A stretch of DNA of 64,000 nt from Macrostomum lignano. Its lineage: Eukaryota. This document shows, piece by piece, positions 51,001 through 63,945 of this stretch. The DNA lies in assembly GCA_002269645.1 (NCBI GenBank), contig NIVC01000225.1:350416-414415 (forward strand), given 5' to 3'. The notes beneath the pieces were generated by a model that was not told the DNA's origin, searched no databases, and saw only the letters and a program-made list of their open reading frames with translations. Every line of letters starts with the position of its first letter. Positions within the stretch are counted from its first letter, which is position 1. Both the position numbers and the translations under genes were made by a program.

Positions 51001-54000
51001 CCAATTCTCTGAAAGTTCACTCCAGGATTTCTCAATTCTCTAAAAGTCCACTCCAGGATTTCTCAATTCTCAAAAAGTTCACTCCAGGATTTCTCAATTC
51101 TCTAAAAGTTCACTCCAGGATTTCTCAATTCTCAAAAAGTCCACTCCAGGATTTCTCAATTCTCAAAAAGTTCACTCCAGGATTTCTCAATTCTCAAAAA
51201 GTTCACTCCAGGATTTCTCAATTCTCTAAAAGTTCACTCCAAGATTTCTAAATTCTCAAAAAGTTCACTCCAGGATTTCTCGATTCTCAAAAAGTTCACT
51301 CCAGGATTTCTCAATGCTTTAAAAGTTCACTCCAAGATTTATAAATTCTCAAAAAGTTCACTCCAGGATTTCTCCATTCTCAAAATGTTCACTCCGGGAT
51401 TTCTAAATTCTCAAAAAGTTCACTCCAGGATTTCTCGATTCTCAAAAAGTTCACTCCAGGATTTCTCAATGCTTTAAAAGTTCACTCCAAGATTTATAAA
51501 TTCTCAAAAAGTTCACTCCAGGATTTCTCCATTCTCAAAATGTTCACTCCGGGATTTCTAAATTCTCAAAAAGTTCACTCCATGATTTCTCAATTCTCTA
51601 AAAGTTCACCCCAGGATTTCTCAATTCTCTAAAAGTTCACTCCAAGATTTATAAATTCTCAAAAAGTTCACTCCAAGATTTATAAATTCTCGAAAAGTTC
51701 ACTCCGGGATTTCTTACCTCGAAAAGTTCACTTCAAGATAACTCAACTAAAATCATAAATTTATTCCACCAGGTGGCCGCTTCAAAAAAGAGGTAATGGT
51801 CGACGGTAGCAGCAGCCTGCTGCTCATCCGCGACGAAGGCCGCCCACCCGATCAGCAGTTCGCAGCCTGGTGCGACGCCTGCTTGTTCGTGTTCGCGCTG
51901 GACAATGCCGACAGCTTCGATGCTGTCTATCAGTTCTATAATAGAATGTCGCAGTATAGGAATCTGGCCGACATGCCTATACTGCTGGTGGGGACTCAAG
52001 GTTGGTTGGGGTGCCTAGCGGCGGCTCATCGAAGGCTCTTGGGGGGGGAGGGTGGTTAGCGGCGGCTCATCAAAGGATTTTAGAGGGAGGGGTGGCTAGC
52101 GGCGGCTCATCAAAGGCTCTTGGGGGGGGGGGAAGCGTGGTTAGCGGCGGCTCATCAAAGGATTTTAGAGGGAGGGGTGGCTAGCGGCGGCTCATCAAAG
52201 GATCTTTATGGCAGGGGTGGCTAACGGCGGCTCATCAAACGATCTTTGGGGCAGGGGTGGCTAGCGGCAGCTCATCAAAGAATTTTGGGAAAGGGATGGC
52301 TAGCGGCGGTTTATCAAAGGATTTTAGAGGGAGGGGTGGCTAGCGGCGGCTCATCAAAGGATCTTTATGGCAGGGGTGGCTAACGGCGGCTCATCAAACG
52401 ATCTTTGGGGCAGGGGTGGCTAGCGGCGGCTCATCAAAAAATTTTGGGAAAGGGATGGCTAGCGGCGGTTTATCAAAGGATTTTGGGAAAGGGATGGCTA
52501 GCGGCGGCTCATCAAAAAATTTTGGGAAAGGGATGGCTAGCGGCGGTTTATCAAAGGATTTTAGAGGGAGGGGTGGCTAGCGGCGGCTCATCAAACGATC
52601 TTTGGGGCAGGGGTGGCTAGCGGCGGCTCATCAAACGATCTTTATGGCAGGGGTGGCTAGCGGCGGCTCATCAAACGATCTTTGGGGCAGGGGTGGCTAG
52701 CGGCGGCTCATCAAAGGATTTTGGGAAAGGGATGGCTAGCGGTGGCTCATCAAAGGATCTTTGGGGAAGGGTTGGCTAGCGGCGGCTCATCAAAGGATCT
52801 TTGGGGAAGGGATGGCTAGCGGCGGCTCATCAAAGGATCTTTGGGGAAGGGTTGGCTAGCGGCGGCTCATCAAAGGATCTTTGGGGAAGGGTTGGCTAGC
52901 GGCGGCTCATCAAAGGATCTTTGGGGAAGGGATGGCTAGCGGCGGCTCATCAAAGGATTTTGGGGGAGGAATGGCTAGCGGCGGCTCATCAAAGGATTTT
53001 GGGGGGAGGAATGGCTAGCGGCGGCTCATCAAACGATCTTTGGGGCAGAGGTGGCTAGCGGCGGCTCATCAAAGGATCTTTGAGGAAGGGTGACTAGCGG
53101 CGTCTCATCAAAGGATCTTTAGGGAAGGGTTGGCTAGCGACGGCTTATCAAAGGATCTTTGGGGAAGGGGTGGCTAGCGACGGCTTATCAAAGGATCATG
53201 GTGGCTTACTTCCTAAACGTTGGCTTGAAAATCTCTGGTTATTGAACTCATTGTTGCAAAATAATCAAAATATGCCCATCTAACTACTGTGTTCCAAATC
53301 AGACTCAATCAGCGAATCGCGGCCAAGAGTTATTGATGAAGCAAAGACTAGAAAATGCGCTCAGGATTTGCGCCGCTGCGTCTACTTGGAGACCTGCGCT
53401 ACCTACGGGCACAATGTTGATCGCGTCTTTCAAGAGGGTGAGTGAGAGCATGGTAGTGAGTTCACACATAAGTCAGTGACAGTGAATTTTTATTAGATGC
53501 AATGCAATATGTTAAAATGGAGTAATGAAATAAATGCATTTCTCACAATCAATTGACACTTTGATGCTACTCAGGCTGGGTAGTTTGTACGGTAATACGA
53601 GAAGTACATGTGATATTCGTGCGTTGCAGTCGACTCCAACCCAAACTACAATAAGGGGTGAAAAGTTATATGTAAAACTTTAATTACCGCCAATGTACAT
53701 TATTAAGCGTACATTTAGTATTTGGTCCTTGCCGCGCCCATCAGCCAATGGGAGCAGGCGGAGGTGAGGTGGGTGTCTATCCTCTTAACTTTTTTACCTG
53801 CTAACTCTGCGGTGTATATTGGAGAGCGAATTTAAATAGATATATAAGATAGAAGAGACGAGTGCACCAAGTGTTTGTCATGCCAGACAAGATGGCCGCC
53901 CTCTTAGAGACCACGCCGCGTCGGCGTTACTACACCAAACTCCAGCCCAACCAATTGTCAACTATTCGTTTCCCATTAGCCGTTTCTCGTCGCTGTCATC

Positions 54001-57000
54001 GACATAACGCGCAACAGTTGATGCTTAGCAGCAGATCTTCTGCTACTACTCCTGCTACTAATAGTAGTAGCTGTAGTAATAATACTCATCCAAGGAGTCG
54101 AAGTCTTTCTAGAACTAGACTAATGCGAGCCTTGCTGCCTCGTAGGCCAAAGAGAACAGCTGGTTGTCACTTAAAGCGCAGTTTCTTAAGCCACTGCTTG
54201 TGCAGTTCGGCAAGCGATCAGTCCGTGTCACCTGTAGCGACTCCCCTGACCTCCCTGACCTCGCCGTGGTCGGTGCTTAAACAACCCGCAGCTTGCCATC
54301 GGATTGTGACCAGTCAGCAGGCTTGGAAGAAGCCTTCGGCTGCTCAGACACCTGGACAGCAGCAGCAACAGCCAGGTGGCTCTCATATGAATGCTCGAGG
54401 TGGCTTGTACAATGTACCCCCGCCTGGCAAAGATGTGAGTAACTCAAGTGATTTTTATTGAGCACTTTTTGAGCTGACTGTACACCCTGTCTGAGTGTGT
54501 GCTATCGTTCTGAGGGTTTACATTGGTCTAGCTGGGGTCACATTAGTCTGGTTGTGGTCACATTAGTCTAGCTGGGGTCACATCGGTCTAGCTGGGGTCA
54601 CATTGGTCTATCTGGGGTCACATTGGTCTATCTGGGGTCACATTGGTCTAGCTGGGGTCACATTGGTCTAGCTGTGGTCACATTGGTCTAGCTGTGGTCA
54701 CATTAGTCTAGCTGAGGTCACATCAGTCTAGCTGGGGTCACATTGGTCTAGCTGGGGTCACATTGGTCTAGCTGGGGTCACATTGGTCTAGCTGAGGTCA
54801 CATCAGTCTAGCTGGGGTCACATTGGTCGAGTAACCTTAAACTGATAGGATCGCATGACGAATTATTAATTAAAATCCTTATAAAACATTTTTTTGATTG
54901 CCTCATTGGGTCTCGCCAATCAATCAATTTAACTATGTTTTGAATTTTAGCCACCTTCCCATACACTTGACAAAACTTAGTAGATTTATAAACTGTTCAC
55001 CAGAATACTTCAGACTTCTTCATCGCTTTGCTCTTATCTTAGTTGAACTTGATGAATTATTTAATACAATAAACTATTTTTCCTATTCCATATCTTTTTC
55101 TCTTCCCCTCCTACTCATTCAGGTGAGCAAATCCTCAGGCAGATTCTCTGGTCCAGTTGCTCACGTGCCAAGCCCGACCCAGCAACTACAGCTGCAGCAG
55201 TATCACCAGCAGCAGCAGCAGCAGCCACTTGGCTACACTGACTACAGCGGAGGCAGCGGCGGAGCCGATGTGAGTTGATAACTTGTTTCTTTTGTTGTTT
55301 TTAAACATTTTGTCTACTGACTTTTTTCAATAGCGTCATTTTAAATAGTTTTTGTCGTTAGTTGCACCTTTTTATAGCCCTTGGCCTTTCCTCATAGCCT
55401 CAGGCCCTTCATGATAGGCTCAAGCCCTTCATGATAGCCTCAGACTCTTCAAAATAGCCTCTGGCCCTTCATGATAGCCTCCGGCCCTTCCTGATAGCCT
55501 CAGGCCGTTGATGATAGACTCAGGCCCTTCATGATAGCCTCAGGCCCTTCATGATAAGCTCAGGCCCTTCATGATAGGCTCAGGCCCTTCATGATAGGCT
55601 CAAGCCCTTCATGATAGCCTCAGACCCTTCAAAATAGCCTCTGGCCCTTCATGATAGCCTCAGGCCCTTCCTGATAGCCTCAGGCCGTTAATGATAGCCT
55701 CAGACCCTTCATGATAGCCTCAGGCCCTTCATGATAGCCTCAAGCCCTTCATGATAGCCTCTGGCCCTTCATGATAGCCTCAGGCCCTTCCTGATAGCCT
55801 CAGGCCGTTGATGATAGCCTCAGGCCCTTCATGATAGCCTCAGGCCCTTCCTGATAGCCTCAGGCCGTTGATGATAGCCTCAGGCCCTTCATGAGAGCCT
55901 CAGGCCCTCCAACCAGTGAAGTTGGCTAATCCAAAACAATCACGTGTGATGAAAAAAATTGCAAGGCCCCCAGCGACGACGCCACCAGTTATCACAGCCA
56001 GTCGGCTCAGATATCTCGCAAGCCCAGCGCGGGTACTTTAAGTAGTAGCTGCGGCATCGGCGGCGGCGGAGTTGTTGCACACGGAAAACCCGTGCGCCAC
56101 CAGAGTGCCTCAGTAGGTGCTATTGATCAGCTGTGACCTTTGCAACCGAAGTGTGCTGATGTGGATCACCGACCCTGATTGCCCGCTGATATTGTCTGCA
56201 TGGGATTTCTTATTTCATTTTAGTTACTGCATATGTTGATAACTTGGCTGGAAGAATTGGATTGATTGGCTAAATAGTATCTCAGTGCATGGTTGCTGGG
56301 CTTTGTATGCTTTTGCCTATTGGCTTTTTTTTTGAGGTTTCGTTTTTAGTTTTTGTAGCTGAGTGAGTTATGTTGGTAGCTGAGTGAGTTTGTAGCTGAG
56401 TGGGTTGGTAGCTGAGTGAGTTTGTAGCTGAGTGAGTTTGTAGCTGAGTGAGTTTGTACCTGAGTGAGTTTGTAGCTGAGTAAGTTTGTAGCTGAGTGAG
56501 TTTGTACCTGAGTGAGTTTGTAGCTGAGTAAGTTTTTAGCTGAGTGAGTTGGTAGCTGAGTGGCTTTCTAGCTGAACAGGGTGATAGCTGAACAGGGTGA
56601 TAGCTGAACAGGGTGCTAGCTGAGCAGTGTGCAAGCTGAGCAGTTTGCAAGCTGAACAGGGTGCTAGCTGAGCAGGGTGCTAGCTGAGCAGTGTGCAAGC
56701 TGAGCAGTTTGCAAGCTGAACAGGGTGCTAGCTGAGCAGGGTGCTAGCTGAGCAGTGTGCAAGCTGAGCAGTTTGCAAGCTGAACAGGGTGCTAGCTGAG
56801 CAGGGTGCTAGCTGAGCAGGGTGCTAGCTGAGCAGGGTGCTAGCTGAACAGGGTGCTAGCTGAGCAGTTTGCAAGCTGAACAGGGTGCTAGCTGAGCAGT
56901 GTGCAAGCTGAGCAGGGTGCTAGCTGAGCAGTTTGCAAGCTGAGCAGGGTGCTAGCTGAGCAGGGTGCTAGCTGAGCAGTGTGCAAGCTGAACAGGGTGC

Positions 57001-60000
57001 TAGCTGAGCAGTGTGCTAGCTGAGCAGTGTGCAAGCTGAACAGGGTGCTAGCTGAACAGGGTGCTAGCTGAGCAGTTTGCAAGCTGAACAGGGTGCTAGC
57101 TGACCAGTTTGCAAGCTGAACAGGGTGCTAGCTGAGCAGTGTGCAAGCTGAACAGGGTGCTAGCTGAGCAGTGTGCAAGCTGAACAGGGTGCTAGCTGAG
57201 CAGTTTGCAAGGAGAGTGTAATAATAGCTACTTGGTTTTGCAGTGTTGATTTAAAATTCCCCAAAAAATATATTTAAACATATTTAGCGTGCTACTCACA
57301 GTAGTATCATCATTTTTGCACCTCGCAGCCAATTGGGCAGTACTACGAACCGCCAGTGCAGTCGCATCCAATGCACTCGTTTGGTACTCCAGTCTCCTAT
57401 CAGCCTTTAACTCCGCCTCATCCTATGCTGCAGCAGCAGCAACAACAGCAGCAGCAACACGGCAAGCCGGTGAAGAAGTCAGACAGCTTGTTAAGGGTGA
57501 GACACGCTACTTTATTCGTGCTCATATTAACTGCATATAGTACTCGTGCTTGCACTCGTAGCCACTTTTAATCTGCACTTTTATACCGCTATTTTGGTGT
57601 TAGCTCCTTGTTGTAGAGATTCTATATGTTATGTATTTATTTATCAGCACCGGCGTGCACACGTGGCTCTGGTATTGGTTACTGTGCTTTATCAAACTGT
57701 TTCCGTTTTCAAGCTGTCGCTCAGCTTGTCAGCCTCAGTCCCAGCCCTGGCTGACCGCTACACTGCTCAGCGCTCTTTGCCGCACGGCGCCTCTCTGGAT
57801 TATTATAATCCAGCTGATGAGGATGATGATGAGCACCCCTACGAGCTTTACGATCATTTAACTGCCGGCTTAGCTAAGCGCCCGCCTCCTCCGGTGCCTC
57901 CCCGGCCGCCGCCGCCCCAACTGCGGCAGCTGGGGCTGCAGCCGCAGCCGAAGCAGCAGCCGAAAAAGCGGTCACCTTTGATGCGCTACTTAAGGGGCAG
58001 CTTATGGACGTCCAGCAAGGTTTATTGAGGGCATAAGCTTGGTTAGACGGAGACACATTAGGCTATTAGGGTATATTAGGGTCATTCATTAGACTATTAG
58101 GTAATCCATCATCATTTTTCTCGTAATACCCATTAGGCTTACTAGGAGGCTTCCATTAGTGTATTAGCTATCTTCCATCAGGATATTTAGTGATTTATTT
58201 ATAAGACTATTAGGCAATCTCCATTTAGGGGAATCCATTAGTGTATTAGGCGGCCTTCATTAATTGAAATCCATTAGAATATCAGGCGGCCTCCATTGGT
58301 TTAAATCCATTAGGTATTTAAGCGACCTCCATTAGGTGAAAAATCCATTAGGATATTTGGCGACCTTCATTAGTTGAAATCCATTATAGGTATTAGGCGA
58401 ACTCCATTAGGTAAAATTCATTAGGGTATTAGGCGACTTTCATCATGTTCTGGGTGATTTCTATTGAGATATTAGCTTGACTCGATTAGGCTATTTAGAT
58501 AAACAGGTATCTATATTCGGCAATATTGCTTGCCAAGTTATACGCAATCCACTACTGATATTTTAGTAGGCATGTAAGGGCATTGTCAATGCCTGGCAAT
58601 AATAAATTATCGGAGCGCGCATGCTTACCCTTGTGTTCCGAAACAGATTCGGTTTTTTCAAGACCAATAATCTGAATAGTCAGTATATACCATACGAGTA
58701 AGCTATTGTCATGGCAAACTTGATTTGTTAATTGTGCCAATTAAGTTATTCAACTTACTTCAACAAAGCAGATTGGTCACAGATTCATTTGGTTCGATTT
58801 GGTCAGCGATTTAAAACAAATAATTGTTTGCGGCCCAGGCTCGATTCCAAGTGCAGTCACATTAATTTGGGGCTAAATTGAAATCTTGGCTTGGCTCTGC
58901 TCGTGCAATTAACGTTAGAGGCCGCTCAGGGGAGTCGGCGTATTGGGGCAGTAATGCCTCTCGCCGGTTGTGTGACAATGCCGCTTAAAGTGCGCCAGGG
59001 TGCACACTGCCGCTCTGTCTCCGTGGGTAAAACGGTTACCATAGTACCTATCCTATCAAGTGTAATGTTACACTATCTGTTGTTCCATGCCTGTAGTGGC
59101 ACTGTACTTTCCTCGTATTTAAATAAATTGCACTTCGTTGTTGCTTTTTTCAACAATTTTCACTTGATCTGACATCAAGGACAAAGCGGAGGAACAGCAA
59201 CTGGCGGCTGGGTTCCAGCACGCCGATTATTCGGCTTATTATGCCTCAGCGTCTGTGCCGTCCATCGCTCCCGGCTCCTGCCAGCTGTCGCTGCCGCCCC
59301 CGCCTCCGCTGCCTCCTCATCATCAGCCTCAGCCTCAGCAGCAGCAGTTGGGGCAGCGCGTTGCCAAGGATAGGAGTAGCTTTGCTCAGGGATCGGTAAG
59401 CCCCAGAATGGAGGACAAGGCTAATGAGTTTATGAATGTGTTTCTCTATCAGAGTTTGGATGCTTGTTTATCTGTGTGTATTTGGATTTGTTTTGTGAGT
59501 ATTTGGACTAGCAATGGGGTAATCTGGAAAGAATCTCTGTTCTCTACAAGTAACAAAAAGACACCATAATAAAGCCTTCACAAAGACAACAGACATTCCA
59601 TCTAAAAAGAAAACATCCCAAGACAGCAAGCATCCCCCAGATAGCAAGCATCCCCCAGATAGCAAACATCCCCCAGATAGCAAACATCCCCCAGATAGCA
59701 AGCATCCCCCAGATAGCAAGCATCCCCCAGATAGCAAGCATCCCCCAGATAGCAAGCATCCCCAGATAGCAAGCATCCCCCAGATAGCAAGCATCCCCCA
59801 GATAGCAAGCATCTCCCAGATAGCATGCAAGCATCCCCCAGATAGCAAGCATCCCCCAGATAGCAAGCACCCCCCAGATAGCAAGCATCCCCTGATAGCA
59901 AGCATCCCCCAGATAGCAGGCATCCCCCAGATAGCAAGCATCCCCCAGATAGCAAGCATCCCCCAGATAGCATGCAAGCATCCCCCAGATAGCAAGCATC

Positions 60001-62158
60001 CCCCAGATAGCAAGCACCCCCCAGATAGCAAGCATCCCCCAGATAGCATGCAAGCATCCCCCAGATAGCAAGCATCCCCCAGATAGCAAGCATAAAGTAT
60101 TTAGATGTGTGTTTATAAGTATTTGGATGTGTGTTTAGCTATGATTATTTGTATCTGTTTATCTCTGAGATGTGTAGTGTGTTCATCGGGCTTCAAGAGC
60201 GGCGTTTTCGTGTGCGTAAGTATTCAATATGTTAATCTGGGAAATTATAAACATGTGTTTACTGATGTGTTTAGTTATATGTGTTTAGTCACGTAACTCT
60301 TGCTATTCTGTGACGCTTTCCTAGAAATGTACTTCCCATATTTATCTTTGCTATCGCACCTTCACACTTTATTTACAAAAAAATTAATATATTTTCTACT
60401 GGTTTTTTTCTGTTGGAGCTAGCTGCACCCTCAACCCAATCATTACTCAGGAGAAGTCGGACAAGGACGCCACCCCGAATGCCACCCCGACTCAGAACCG
60501 GAAGAACAAGCGCCGCTCAAATCTGTTCAACCGGAAGGACTCGTCAAATCCACCCGAGGAGCAGCAGCAGCAGCAGCAGATCCCAGCTACTATGCAGCAG
60601 CAGCAGCAACAGCAGGGTAAATTCTTCCCATTGTCGTCATCCTCAAACGCCGGCAACCGAGTCGGCCCTCCGCTGGGCTCCGGCCGGGCGATCCCCGTTA
60701 AGCAAGGCAGCCTGTACAAGAAGGCGGTGAACGCTCTCAACAGGGAATGGAAGAAAAAATACGTCACCCTGAGCGAGGACGGCAAGCTCACTTATCATCC
60801 CAACCTGCACGACTACATGGAGAACAGTCACGGCAAAGATATCGACCTCAGTCGGACCACTGTGAAGATTCCCGGCCAGCTGCGACCGACATCTAACGGC
60901 CTGCTCAAGTCGCAGCAGCAGCAGCAGCAGCAGCCGGAGGACGGCAATAAGAAGCGCCGGCATCGACGAGCAAAGTCCGGCAATCGGGGAGGCGGCGGCG
61001 GAGGCGCTGATCAGGATGTCGAAGAGTCGGACGGCTACGAGTTCATGATTGTGTCGCTTGAGAATCGAACTTGGCACTTTGAGGCTGCCAGTCAAGAGGA
61101 GCGGGATGAATGGGTGAGTCTGTCTGGGAATTCCTGTTGGCTGGTGTCATTGTTTCTAGTGATTTCTCATCGATTTCTCAGAACCTATCCTACGATTTCT
61201 CATATCTCATAGTCTACCCCACGATTTCTCACAGTCTGTCCCATGATATCTCACAGTCTATCGCATGATATCTCACAATCTATCCCATGAGATATCACAG
61301 TCTATCCTATGAGATATCACCGTCTATCCCATGAGATAACACAGTCTATCCCATGAGATATCACAGTCTATCCCATAAGATATCACAGTCTATCCCATGA
61401 GATATCACAATCTATCCCATGAGATATCACAATCTATCCCATGAGATATCACAGTCTATCCCATGAGATATCACAGTCTATCCCACGAGATATCACAGTC
61501 TATCCCATGCTGTCGCGGCTTCGCTCCCCCAGGTCCGCGCCATCGAGCACTCCATTCTGCGCAGCCTGCAAGGCCCGTCAGCCTACGGCAACTACGGCAC
61601 CAGCGGCGGCTCGTCGAACTGCCTCGCCGGCGGCGGCGGCAGCGGCGGCGGCGGCAGCGGCGGCGGCAGCTCCGGCAGCGGCTCAATCCGTGGCGTGTTC
61701 GGCAACTCGGAGTGCGCGGACTGCGGCCGGCCGGGCCCGGACTGGGCCAGCCTGAACCTGGGCGCGCTGGTGTGCATCGAGTGCAGCGGGGTGCACCGCC
61801 AGCTGGGCACGCATCTCAGCCGCATCCGGTCGCTCACGCTGGACGATTGGCCGGCAAATCACCTGCTGGTGATGCGGGCCATTGGCAACAAGCTGGCAAA
61901 CTCTGTGTGGGAGGCCCGCCTGCCCTGTCACGCCACGTTTCGCAAGCCCAGCCCAGAGTCGGATCGGGAGGCCAAGGAGATTTTCATCCGGGCCAAGTAC
62001 GAGCGCCGGGAGTTCCTGCCGGATCTGCCGTTTAGGGACAGCCCCGTGCAGCAGCAGCTGGTGGATGCTATAGCCAGATCTGACACCAGACAGGTGCGGT
62101 TCTTTTTGTCTGTCTGACTGTCTGTCTGACTGTCTGTCTGTCTGTCTGTCTGTCTGTG

Positions 62159-62225
<67 letters not shown>

Positions 62226-62267
62226 CCTTCTGTCTGTCTGTCTGTCTGTCTGACTGACTGTCTGTCC

Positions 62268-62327
<60 letters not shown>

Positions 62328-62332
62328 GACTG

Positions 62333-62371
<39 letters not shown>

Positions 62372-62390
62372 GTGTCTGTCTGTCTGACTG

Positions 62391-62423
<33 letters not shown>

Positions 62424-62512
62424 GACTGTGTCTGTCTGTCTGTCTGTCTGTCTTTCTGTCTGTCTTAGTGTCTGTCTGTCTGTCTGTCTGTCTGTCTTTC
62501 TGTCTGTCTTAG

Positions 62513-62549
<37 letters not shown>

Positions 62550-62576
62550 GTCTGTCTTTCTGTCTGTCTGTCTTAG

Positions 62577-62609
<33 letters not shown>

Positions 62610-63188
62610 GCCTGTCTGTCTGTCTGTCTGTCTGTCTGCCTGTCTGTCTGTCTGTCTGTCTGTCTGCCTGTCTATCTGTCTATCTATCTGTCTATCCACA
62701 CCCCCCAACCGCAGGTGATCCTGTGCCTGGCGGTGGCCGGTCCCGCAGTGAACGAGCCCTACTCCAAGCAGGATCCCCGGGCGGCCATCCACATCGCGGC
62801 CACCCTGGGCCAGCTGGTCTACCTGCAGCTGCTTCTCTGGCACGGCGCCGATGTTGCAATTCGCGACGCCGAAGGTCGCAACGCGCATTTCTACGCCACT
62901 GCGGCTGGCAAGCCCGACTGCGCCGAATTCCTGCGCGCCGCCGGCTGCCCAGCTGGCGTGCCGGCATCCGCCTCCGCCGCGGGCGCCTCTGCGGCTAGCA
63001 GCAACAGCCCGATAAGCAACCCCAGCGCCACCGCCTCGGTGGCTTCAGCTTCGGCCGCGGCGGCAGCTTCTACTCTGCCTCGGCGTCGGTCGAAAACTAC
63101 TCCAACTACGGCTGCTCAGCCGCCGCAGCCGCCGACAGCGTCGTCTGGCAATGCGCCGACTCAGAGCACAGCTGAGATCGGGCTGTGA
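42210..63188 (+). CDS. AGAP: AGAP / centaurin-gamma (GTPase-like, PH, ArfGAP, ankyrin), ~1,015-1,117 aa; exons 42210-42375, 48094-48152, 48259-48346, 51773-52000, 53303-53437, 54292-54434, 55123-55269, 57329-57496, (57714-58019 tentative), 59180-59395, 60451-61113, 61533-62093, 62715-63188
   Basis: [21 protein letters not shown]-terminus, [13 protein letters not shown]-loop [30 protein letters not shown] motif [10 protein letters not shown]...WKKKYVTL, ArfGAP CADC...[17 protein letters not shown], ankyrin [10 protein letters not shown]; all splice phases consistent. Confidence 0.95.
43532..43974. mobile_element. MITE nested in the MULE
   Basis: Imperfect ~36-bp TIRs starting GGT, GATGACGAAGTGAC subrepeats, 8-bp TSD TGTATGTG (43524-31, 43975-82). 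Confidence 0.8.
44490..45715. repeat. CT-rich low-complexity tracts (44490-45110, 45480-45715) sharing a ~120-bp duplicated segment
   Basis: Direct. Confidence 0.85.
45971..46731 (+). pseudogene. PHD-finger N-terminus of the MULE transposase plus a 48-bp acidic repeat (x6); frameshifted and truncated at the right TIR
   Basis: Exons 45971-46082 and 46367 onward give CPAC...CDKC.HWFH..C...WCC..C (C4HC3). A 4-bp insertion (CATA) shifts the frame before the [16 protein letters not shown] repeats. Confidence 0.82.
48440..49620. repeat. 31-bp minisatellite (TATCAATCTATCCACTTCTGTGTGCATTCTC), AGAP intron 3
   Basis: Direct. Confidence 0.96.
50250..51730. repeat. 31-bp minisatellite (ACTCCAGGATTTCTCAATTCTCAAAAAGTTC), AGAP intron 3
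   Basis: Direct. Confidence 0.96.
52010..53200. repeat. ~40-bp minisatellite (GGCTAGCGGCGGCTCATCAAAGGATCTTTGGGGAAGGGTT), AGAP intron 4
   Basis: Direct. Confidence 0.96.
53744..53900 (+). promoter_or_regulatory. Putative internal promoter in AGAP intron 5
   Basis: AGCCAATGGG (NF-Y-type CCAAT, 53743-52), TATATAAG (53841-48), in-frame ATG at 53880, CAAGATGGCCGCC (YY1-type, 53888-900). Confidence 0.55.
54520..54830. repeat. 20-bp minisatellite (CTAGCTGGGGTCACATTGGT), AGAP intron 6
   Basis: Direct. Confidence 0.95.
55375..55910. repeat. 20-bp minisatellite (GATAGCCTCAGGCCCTTCAT), AGAP intron 7
   Basis: Direct. Confidence 0.95.
56355..57210. repeat. Two abutting 16-bp arrays (GTAGCTGAGTGAGTTT, then GCTGAACAGGGTGCTA variants), AGAP intron 7
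   Basis: Direct; both share an AGCTGA core, with a switch near 56570. Confidence 0.95.
58060..58490. repeat. Highly degenerate CCATTAGG-core tandem repeat
   Basis: Recurring CCATTAG/TATTAGG motifs at roughly 30-bp spacing. Confidence 0.6.
58830..59007 (+). mobile_element. Internally deleted copy of the tRNA-derived SINE
   Basis: B box, 5' body and 3' structured domain match 17005-17365, with two internal deletions. Confidence 0.88.
59625..60092. repeat. 18-bp minisatellite (ATAGCAAGCATCCCCCAG)
   Basis: Direct. Confidence 0.96.
61170..61510. repeat. 22-bp minisatellite (TATCCCATGAGATATCACAGTC)
   Basis: Direct. Confidence 0.95.
62103..62697. repeat. (CTGT)n followed by short (CTAT)n, filling the last AGAP intron
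   Basis: Direct. Confidence 0.96.
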
Positions 63189-63294
63189 TTGACAGGTCGT
63201 TAACAGGCGTTTTCCCTTCGATGCTTCTTAAATTTGCTTCCTCTGATGCCTGAGTGATGTCTAACGCTTGTTATGCTGGCAGTGTGTTGTACAA

Positions 63295-63945
63295 CACAGG
63301 TGTTAGATACACTGTCAGACATACTATGTTAGATACTCTGCGTTATGCAATCAGGTGTTAGACACACTGGTAGACACACTGTCTTGGACACACTGTCTTG
63401 GACACACTGTGTTAGACATATTGTGTTAGATACTCTGCGTTATGCAATCAAGTGTTAGCCACACTGTTAGATATATTGTGTATTAGTGTCGGCAATCTCA
63501 GCTTCACACTTGTGTGTGAGTTAGACACACTGTTAGACACACTGTGTTAGACACACTGTTAGACACACTGTCTTAGACACACTGTTAGACACACTGTCTT
63601 GGACACACTTTGTTAGACACATTGTGTTAGATAATGTGTTAGACACACTTTGTTAGACATATTGTGTTAGATACTATGCGTTATGCAATAAGGTGGTAGA
63701 CACACTGTGTTAGACACACTGTGTTAGACACACTGTGTTAGACATATTGTGTTAGATACTCTGCTTTATGCAATAAGGTGTTAGACACACTGTGTTAGGC
63801 ACACAGTACACTGTTAGACACACTTTTTTAGACACATTGTGTTAGATAATGTGTTAGGCACACTGTGTTAGACATATTGTGTTAGATACTATGCGTTATG
63901 CAATCAGGTGTTCGACACACTGTTAGATATATTGTGTATTAGTGT
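63295..63945. repeat. ~15-bp degenerate tandem repeat (GTTAGACACACTGT) downstream of AGAP
   Basis: Direct. Confidence 0.9.

Noticed and set aside
55117-55130. AG|GTGAGC at the start of AGAP exon 7 as a recursive splice site
   Set aside because: AG|GT starts several exons here and the exon reads as coding; no independent evidence.
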